Source of the DNA: Octopus bimaculoides
Lineage: Eukaryota
Reading direction: 5' to 3'
DNA length: 59,279 nucleotides
Assembly: GCF_001194135.2 (NCBI RefSeq)
Contig: NC_069001.1
Location: 9,516,471 to 9,575,749, forward strand
The position numbers were made by a program, and so were the translations under genes. Below are positions 50,490 to 59,279 of this stretch, one piece after another. Below the pieces are notes generated by a model. The model had not been told where the DNA came from and searched no databases. It saw only the letters and a program-made list of their open reading frames with translations. The number at the start of each line of letters is the position of its first letter. Positions within the stretch are counted from its first letter, which is position 1.

Positions 50490-50902
50490 TTACTCTAGGC
50501 ACAAGGCTCCAAATTTGTGGGGNNNNNNNNNNNNNNNNNNNNNNNNNNNNNNNNNNNNNNNNNNNNNNNNTCGACCCCGAAAGGATGAAAGGCAAAGTTG
50601 ACCTCGGCGGAATTTGAACGCAGAACGTAAAGACAGACGAAATACTGCTAAGCTTTTCGCCTGGCGTTCTAACGTTTCTTATTTCTTTACTGCCCGCAAG
50701 GGGCTACACACAGATGGTACAGACAAACAGATTAAGTCGATTATATCGACCCCAGTGCGCAACTGGTACTTATTTAATCGACCCCGAAAGGATGAAAGGC
50801 GAAGTTGACGTCGGCGGAATTTGAACTCAGAACGTAACGGCAAACGAAATACCGTTAAGCATCTCGCCCGGTGTGCTGACGTTTCTGCAAGTTCACCGCC
50901 TT
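50490..50902 (-). mobile_element. Two tandem family A SINEs with different tails
   Basis: Cores at ~50571 and ~50778; the second carries the alternative tail TTTCTTTACTGCCCGCAAGGGGCTACACAC. Confidence 0.88.
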
Positions 50903-51289
50903 TATACACACACTGGCCGGATGAGGATAACGTGAAACTGGGTAATGAAGGAAGTTGATCCGATGGGTTTCCGTACACTATTTATCTGCTCAAAAAGCGA
51001 AGGGCAGAGCACATAGAGCTGTGTAAGACCCCCAACTGAAGGGTGGATAAAGCAAGAAGTAACATCTCTTTAAAACGGAAATCTGAGCTAAATGCTTGAA
51101 ACAGAGTGGGACTCCACTTAAGTCTCTCATGGACGGCAACACGGTGTTAAACCTGGTGACTGGTTATATTTATCTATGATAACCGTCTGTAATGTTGCTG
51201 TCTCTTCTAGTGTGTCTGCTGTTTTTGTTGGAGACTCTCTATAACAATGTTATAATCCATTAATTTTTATGTCAATCAACATTAGCTCA

Positions 51290-51602
51290 TAACTGCTTAG
51301 CGTATTCAGCTCATGAACGTTAGGTCGCGGTTTCGATATGTGGCAGCGTGTTATGTCTTTGAGCGCGATACTTTATTTCACGTTGCTCCAATCCACTCAG
51401 CCGCTGGCAAAAATGAGTGATGGTTGTATTTCAAAGGACCAAACTTATCATATTCAGCATCACGCTGAATTTTCCTTAGAACTACGTTAAGGGTACACGT
51501 GTCGGTAGAGTGCTCACTCGTTTGCGCATTAATTTTACGAGCAGGCTGTTCCATTGATCAGATCAGTTTGAATCCTCGTCGTCGAAAACCTATGGAGTGC
51601 CA
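51290..51602 (+). mobile_element. SINE family D
   Basis: GGTTTCGAT B-box, GTCTTTGAGCGCGATACTTTATTTCACGTTGCTCCA, tail GAACTACGTTAAGGGTACACGTGTC...GGAGTGCCA. Confidence 0.82.
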
Positions 51603-52401
51603 GTATCTGCTTTGAATTCACACTTTGGAAGAACTTTTAGTTACTTTGCCTATGTTACATTTTAAACACTGGATTACGAAATAATTCGGCATACTTATTA
51701 ATCTTTCCCTCCTCTACTCATTTGTGAATGTGCTGAGATCATGTTGGGGCCCCGTCGTTAAATCAGCTACGCCTATAACGCTCGCAGTTAGTTAAAGAGG
51801 ATATCGTGGTTTTATTTGTGTGTCTGCGTGTGTGCCAATGCTTGTGAATTGGCTGCCTGAGTATGTGTGTTCGTGTGTTGTTACCAGTGTACTTTTTGTT
51901 GTGTGGTTAGTATTTGACTCAATGAGGAATAATTTGTTGTGGTATAAGTTTCTCTAGTGTCTAACAAGGTAGAATATCCAGCTATTGTTAGGGTGTTGAC
52001 ATCTTATTTATATTCTGTTCGTGAATAAACTCAAACTGTGTTCTGGAGGATGTATTCAACCCTCGCTTTGTCACACGCACAGTGTACAGATTTAGCAGTG
52101 AAGTTCACACAGCAATCTTGAAAAGAAAAAATATTAATTACACCGCAATAATATGATGTTAGATAAAGCATAAAAAAGGCACAGAGATAAGAGAATGAAG
52201 CTAATGACCAACTAACACGGAGCAATAATTGTACTAAATAGAGTACAACGTACACACATGAGAAAACAACGTATTTAGATTGGTCGCAACAATAACCTCT
52301 ATGTGGGTGCTTCAGATTTTAGAAATAGTAGCTAAATCTCTCTGAAATCATACATGGATAATTTTATAATAGGAGGATGCAGAGTCCTTGATATACTGAT
52401 A

Positions 52402-52756
52402 TACAGGGTGATTCAAAAGACTCCATGCATAGGAAAAAAATTTTCTTTTTTTATAAAGACAGTTTATAAGATCCCTTAGATCCCCTGATCTGACCCCTCT
52501 TGATTCCTATCTTTGGGGGCATTTGAAAGGCATGGTGTATCACGGAAAGATAAAAGACATAAATCATTTGAAGGTATTACGAGTGGTATTACAAGTTCAC
52601 AATGAGTGGGGTAAACGTATTGCAATGTGTATTCAAAACAATGGTCACCATATAGAGACTGTTAAATAAATAAATAAAAAAACTGTTCTTATAGACTGTT
52701 TCTTATAAAAGAAGATAAATTGTTGCTATGTATGGCGACTTTTGAATCACCCTTTA
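52402..52756 (+). mobile_element. Internally deleted Tc1/mariner-superfamily element (rosa/DD41D-like signature)
   Basis: TA-flanked 29-bp TIRs CAGGGTGATTCAAAAG... (4 mismatches); internal RSPDLTPLDSYLWGHLKGMVY. Third catalytic D retained but spacing not measurable, so subfamily is inferred from the motif. Confidence 0.82.
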
Positions 52757-53501
52757 GGTGAGATCAGTAGATCGTTATGCTCTAACCAGGACCAGTAACC
52801 ACGTAGCTACAACGATCTAAGGTGAGCTCGATAAAGGCTGACTTGGGTGATAAACAACAACTTTAACACGTGTGTGAAAGAGAGGAAGACAGACAAACAG
52901 AGACAGAGAGACCGTCATTGGATAGCAAATAACGTGTTTAACCCGTGACTTTGTATTTCGTTTTCTGTATACGGCGAGCGTCTCACTCACAGGATATTGG
53001 TCAGCAACGAACGTAAAGTACAAGGTACTTGTCCAACGTGTGGCACGGTGGTATTCATTCTAGTAGCATGAGCTGACGAAACGAACCACTTAACTTCACA
53101 ACTCGGCCTACATCTATTGATATTCAACTTAATAATAGTTTTACTGTCTTAAGCCAATAAAGCTGGTCTAGCATATAATACCATTGAAGTGTGTGGCTTA
53201 CTTACGCTAGAAACAAAATTAATTAGAATCAATTTTGCTAATCATGATGTGTGTCTTTCTTTTTATTTTGTTCTGCTTCGCTTGCTTTATCTCTATCTCT
53301 CTCTCTCTCCCTTTCTGTCTCTTTCTCCCCACCACCCCACCCACATTCTGAATAAGAACTTCATTGATTGCTACTAATTTCTCACGGGCAACGCTGTACA
53401 ATGAAGTCAGTCTTGTATAAATCCTAATAATCATGCTTAATTCCTCTTGAGAAATATTAGGTAAATTTATGTATAAATGTGTGTCTGTATGTATGTGGGT
53501 T

Positions 53502-53570
<69 letters not shown>

Positions 53571-54439
53571 TCTGTGTTTGTGTGTAACGTTTTGCTTATG
53601 TGTGCTTATGCGTTTATACATCTGTGTATTTGTGTTTCAAACCGTGTAGGTATATTAGTGTCGCCTCGTATGTGCACGCATTGTCTGTCTGTCAGTCTAT
53701 CTATCTATCGGTCTGTCTACGTATTTATATATCTGCCTGTCTATATATCTATATATCTGCCTGTCTACCTGTCTGTCTGTCTGTCTGTGTGTCTGTCTAT
53801 ATATCTGTCTATATATCTACCTGTCTATCTATCTATCTGGCTGCTTATCTATCTGTCTATCTATTTATCTGTAAATCTATTTATCTGTCTATCTATCTAT
53901 CTAAATATTTGCTTGTCTGTATATTTATCTGTTTGCCTATCTATCTTCATGTGTATGTATGTACGCCAGTTTGTGTTTTGCCTGTCCTGTAAAACCGGAA
54001 TCCTATTAACATTATATTATATTCCTAACTACTGTATTATCTTATTTGTTCATCTTTGACAGAAAATCTTATTCAACTTTCTCATTGTTGCCTCAGATCT
54101 TTGCCCTCAGTGATCTCCCATTAGTTTGTCGTATTGTAAACTATCCTGAATACCACACGACACGTCGTTAATCTGTCTTTCTCACTGAAATGCCTTCTTG
54201 TAAATATTTCTTATAATTTGTCTTCGCTTAGTGCTTTTGCTGTCGTAATCAAAGGAGATAGGGTTAACACCCAGAATTTTATCGAAGGTCTCTGAGACTG
54301 CGGTAAAAATGGGCAGAGAAGAAATCAATACTCATGCGTTACTCGTACGGTACGTAGCAGCAGTTAAGAATAAACCAAGAGATGAATACCTGTTACCCAG
54401 TTTCTATGGGGTATGAGTAACTGAGATCACAACATTTCT

Positions 54440-54590
54440 CTTGGATAAAATGTCTGTCACAGGGTTATTTGTTGACAGCTGAATGGAGTGGGGCAAGAGG
54501 AAATTAAGTGGTTTGTAGCGCCTGATCCCGGAAGCGAAACTGATCCGTGAGCGTTGCACCCTAACCACTAGACTATGCGCTTTCCCAAAA
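54440..54590 (-). mobile_element. Highly diverged family D-like SINE head
   Basis: CAGCTGAATGGAGTGGGGCAA...CACCCTAACCACTAGACTATGCGC. Confidence 0.5.
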
Positions 54591-56449
54591 CCCAGGTAGA
54601 GGTGTTAAATTGAGATTAGGGTTAAGTCGTTCAAGATCCGCATAACGTTATTAAACAGAGAGATTGAATAGGTTGTCACGTAAGAACAGGATAAGTAAAT
54701 TTAACATCCTTGAGGCGATTACAGGATGATGCTTTTGAGTTAAGTATCATAACATAAGATATATCATAGCATTGTGAAGATGTGTATTATAAAATGTGAA
54801 TAGTATCATAACATAGTGAATATTTTTTATCATAACTTAGCAACGATAGCTTTCATAAGGTAGCAATCATAATACGGTAAAGATAGGCATCATCACGCCA
54901 GTGCTAAGTATTAAAATAAACTATACGTTGAGTATAAACTCATATTATGAATATCCATGTCATATTATGAATATCCATGTCATAACAGCGGCGAACATAT
55001 ATGGTAGGTATTACAGCATAGAAGATAACTGTATAAATGTCGTAACGTGGGGAATAAATGTCTTATAATGCGTATCTTTGCTGTGTTATGGGGTAATGAA
55101 AGTGGTGTTAGGTGGCATTAGTAAAAGTATTATGGCATTGTAGAAGTATATATGATAGGATAATACGGTAGCATAGTAATGTACGTATTAGAAANNNNNN
55201 NNNNNNNNNNNNNNNNNNNNNNNNNNNNNNNNNNNNNNNNNNNNNNNNNNNNNNNNNNNNNNNNNNNNNNNNNNNNNNNNNNNNNNNNNNNNNNACGTAT
55301 TTATATATGTGTGTGTAAATATGTATATAATAACATACACACAGGATTCATATATAAAAACATACATAAAAATTTACATATGCATCTTCAAAACATTTTT
55401 TATTCTTTAATTTGAAATTCGAACTTCTAATGCCGAAACTTCGGTGGAAATAAGAAATGATTATTTCGCTTGTCATAAGTCTCCGCTAGGGGACGCATGA
55501 ATAGAACCGGATCCTGCTCGAATTAGTACGCACATTAGGAATTAGCCGAATGTTAACCCATCGTCATGCAAAGGTGAGGTGATAACTTGTTTCTATTTTC
55601 TAAATACTAAGAACAATTCATCCCTCCTCCAATTCTACATTAATAATTATTATGCCTCAATTTCTCCCATCCATCTTAACAAAGATTTTATTATCGCAAG
55701 AAAACTAACGAATCTTACCCCACTGGAGACTGACATTATACTAACAGATAGAACAACTCTGGTTACTTTTAATAATACACTTTGGTGCAGGGCATCTAAT
55801 AATAATTTCTTGGATATAACAAAAAGCGGTTTCTAGAAATTCGACACATGCCAAAGACCTTGGACTTAACTTCATTCAGCGACTTTGCATGTACATAGAT
55901 ATATCATAGAGATAGATAAGTCAGTGTGTATATCTAAGTAAACGTGAATTTTCTTCTGTAAAACTTCGTTGGTTTAAATAGGCACTCAAATTTATTTAGT
56001 CAAACTGTTTTAATGCAAATAATTTTCAATTAAGTGTACGTCTTTAAATTTACGTGTAAAACTCAGTTTGTGAAAATATACACTAATATTTTTACAGGAA
56101 AACTTTTATATCAAAACATTTTGTTTTTGCTCATGCGGAAACAAAAATTTTCAAATTCCTTTTTATACATATATTCATGAATTTCTTCTTTCTCTATCTC
56201 ACACACACACCTTCATACATACATGAATATATATATATATACAAATTTAGCGCATTTCCAGCCCTTATATTTCATAGAAACATACACATATATGTATACA
56301 CACACATACATACATATATTAATACCGAAAGTTATTCATAACTAATATACTAACAACAAATGTTAAAAGGGGCATAAACAAAAATACCGGATAACTATGT
56401 CCTACGTGTACAATAATTGTATAATATATGTGTATGTATTTTTGTATGT

Positions 56450-57143
56450 GCAAAGCGTTAAGAGTGGAGTAAAAATTTATAGAATTGGTCCCTAGAGTAG
56501 TGGAAGAATGTTATTTTTTCGGTTGAGTCATCCTTTACCATTTTTCCGACCACTGGCCGAGTATGCGTGTGGAGACAGCCAAAAGAAGCATTTGACCCAG
56601 ACTGCCTTCTTCAGCTAGGGGGCTATATCTTGGATGATCTAGGGGGCTATATCTTGGAAATCCGCCGGCCCAATGGTTTTCCTTCATGGCAGAATTAATA
56701 GTCAAGTCTATTTAAGCATTGTATCTGATCAAATTCATCCTATGGTTGCCAAACTGTTTCCAGAGAGAAACGCAATCTTTCAGTACGATAATGCACCAAT
56801 TCACACAGCTAAAGTTGTTACTGAATGGCACGAGGAATATTCTAGTGAAGTTGAACATGTTATCTGGCCACCACAGTCCGCAAATCTCAATATTATTGAA
56901 CATTTATGGTGCATTTTAGAAAAATTACTAAAAGAGCTGATATCCTCCACCATCGTCACTACAAGGACGGGAGATTGTTTTAGCTGAAGAAGGGACAAAA
57001 ATTCCTTTGGAAACCAAACCTTGTACGAGTCCATACCTCGTAGAATTCAAGCTGCAATTACTGCCAAAGGTGGTCCTACCCCATATTAAAATAAATTTGT
57101 TTGAAATTTTAAGGCGTTTCCATTATTTTATCCAACTCCTGTA
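56450..57143 (+). mobile_element. Tc1-like DD36E transposon, 3' two-thirds with right TIR, inactive
   Basis: WKNVIFSVESSFTIFPTTGRVCVWRQPKEAFDPDCLL, MI*GAISW, FQYDNAPIH...WPPQSANLNIIEHLW, YESIPRRIQAAITAKGGPTPY*; right end CCATTATTTTATCCAACTCCTG-TA; first D mutated to V. Confidence 0.9.
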
Positions 57144-58539
57144 TGTAGGTATATACATATATGTATGTATATATGCATATGTTTATATATTATTTATATT
57201 ATTTTATATATATATACGTGCACATACGTATGTATATATACATAAATATATATGTATTTAAAAAATATTGTTCACTGTGACTTCGAAGTTTCGGTCAGTT
57301 AAGCCATCATCTGACGATTAATGTAAAATTGTTTTTATTATAACTGTACATAAAAGAAAACCAGCATTAACACACAGGTATGTGTATGAGTAAGAAAGAG
57401 AGATGCACAAAGAGAAGGGGGGGGCGAGAGTTGTAGTTAGACAATGTGCGGCTAATGGACACGGGTCGAATAGGCATAGGTGTTGTTACTATTGGCTTTA
57501 CTCTTCCATTATACATTAACGCCACCGACTCCGCCGCATTGTACCACTAAAAAATTATTAAAGCTTCGGGCTAAAGAAAATAGAAATGAAAAACTAACAC
57601 GAAAAGAAGTAGCAAAATGGTTTTTCTTTTTATTAAGCTAATAGGGATATATATATATATACATAAATGTGTCTATATATATATAAATGTGTCTATATAT
57701 ATATATATATATATATAGCGAGAGAGAGAAATTTAGATAGACAGACAAGATATACAGATAGGTAAGTCGGTAGATAGACAGACAGATACGTATATACAGA
57801 CATATCTACATACATACTTTTCTTGTTTTCTTTATTCCGACTCATTCGAGTTTTCTCTCGCAGCATAATTAAATAAAGAGCTGTGTATAAATAGCTGAAT
57901 AAATATAAGCATAGCAAACACAAACAAAAAGTAAAAGAGGGAATTCAACAGAATATTGTTTTTAAAACGCGGCTCTTTATTTCTATCGCCTCCCCATTTC
58001 TCTCTCTCTCTCACTCTCTCTCTCTCTCTCTCTCGCTCTCTTATTTCGTCCATCTTGTCTTCCCACTCCGGTTTTTGTAGTCAACGCACTTGTTATTACC
58101 TATTTCACTTATCTACAAATATAAGTATATATATATATATATACACACACAACTTATTGGATTTGTTAGTTTTTGCATCAAGCGGACGACCCGATCCTCC
58201 CAAGTGTATATATCTATTATTCTAACCACTAAAAAGGTGGAATCTACTTCATTACGAAAAGAGTGCCTGGTGCAAATTTAATCAACGAAGCTCATTAATA
58301 TTGTTTCACCGCTTCTTAAGACTTCTCCACTGTTTCCATTCTTCTCTTCTTACATCAATTTACTTATCTATTGTTTGCTAACTTGCCTGTTTCTATCCCT
58401 CAAGATTCCACAACTGGAATCACGTTTAGCAAAAACAAGTTTTTCTTTTCTCAACGTTTTACTCTCGGTGATTGTTTCGAGACATCTCCTCCTTCATCAT
58501 TTTCTTTATCGGCCTCATCGACGCACTCACTCATGTGCG

Positions 58540-58575
58540 CGGACACGCAGATATATGTGTGTGTGTGTGTGTGTG

Positions 58576-58607
<32 letters not shown>

Positions 58608-58849
58608 ATTATGCATCTATGTATGTATATAGAATTATGTATGTATATATATATATATAATTATGCATCTATGTATGTATATAGAATTATGTATGTATAT
58701 ATATATATATATATACATATATACTTATGTATGTATATATATTTATGTATGTATATATATATATATATATACATATATACTTATGTATGTATATATATTT
58801 ATGTATGTATATATATATATATCTATATATACATATATACTTATGTATG

Positions 58850-58898
<49 letters not shown>

Positions 58899-59185
58899 TA
58901 ACATATATATTAATATATATATACTAATATATAAATATATATATACACGTATATATACTAATATATAAATATATATATACACGTATATATACTAATATAT
59001 AAATATATGTATACACATATACACGCATATATATATATATACATATATACATATATATTATATACATATGCACATATATATATACTTGAATATTTATATA
59101 TACATTAATATAGATATACACATACATAAACACACACACACACACGTATATAGTATGTATGTGTATATATAGGTATATACAGTAT

Positions 59186-59227
<42 letters not shown>

Positions 59228-59230
59228 GCA
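58540..59230. repeat. Compound (TA/TG/TATG)n microsatellite field with higher-order duplications
   Basis: Direct inspection. Confidence 0.9.
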
Positions 59231-59279
59231 TATTAGTATTTAAATTGCAAGTTCACAAAGGGGAATTCAGTTTTGATTT

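Noticed and set aside
55480-55580. Strong-looking donor CAAAG|GTGAGG at ~55573
   Set aside because: All three upstream frames hit stops and there is no good acceptor; could only be a non-coding exon.
150-59145. Dozens of ORFs rich in YI, CV, TH, YV dipeptides
   Set aside because: Translations of (TA)n, (TG)n and (TATG)n microsatellites, which lack stops in several frames.
1-59279. CRISPR arrays, operons, rRNA or other prokaryotic systems
   Set aside because: No repeat-spacer arrays, no gene-dense coding, no rRNA motifs; the window is eukaryotic repeat-rich DNA.

Overview
Eukaryotic, AT-rich, gap-riddled draft-assembly window that is almost entirely repeat-derived: very dense (TA)n/(TG)n/(CATA)n/(GAT)n microsatellites, roughly 30 copies or fragments of four modular tRNA-derived SINE families, decayed LINE fragments (RTE-type, RLE-type), several IS630-Tc1-mariner elements (DD36E, DD37D, mariner and rosa-like miniature elements), a hAT-like MITE and fold-back repeats. 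The SINE repertoire resembles what I recall from octopus genomes, so a coleoid cephalopod origin is inferred, not proven. No host protein-coding exon can be called with confidence; nearly all ORFs in the track are microsatellite or N-gap artefacts. The most informative locus is 8.4-10.6 kb: a 5'-truncated Penelope-like retroelement with a GIY-YIG endonuclease frame, an 84-bp inverted copy of its 3' end at the 5' junction, a probable 17-bp target-site duplication and an intact-looking minimal type I hammerhead ribozyme with an unusually long stem II. Second is a poly(A)-tailed, gag/CCHC-only retroelement remnant at 24.2-25.3 kb. I found variants of known TE biology rather than evidence for a wholly new system.
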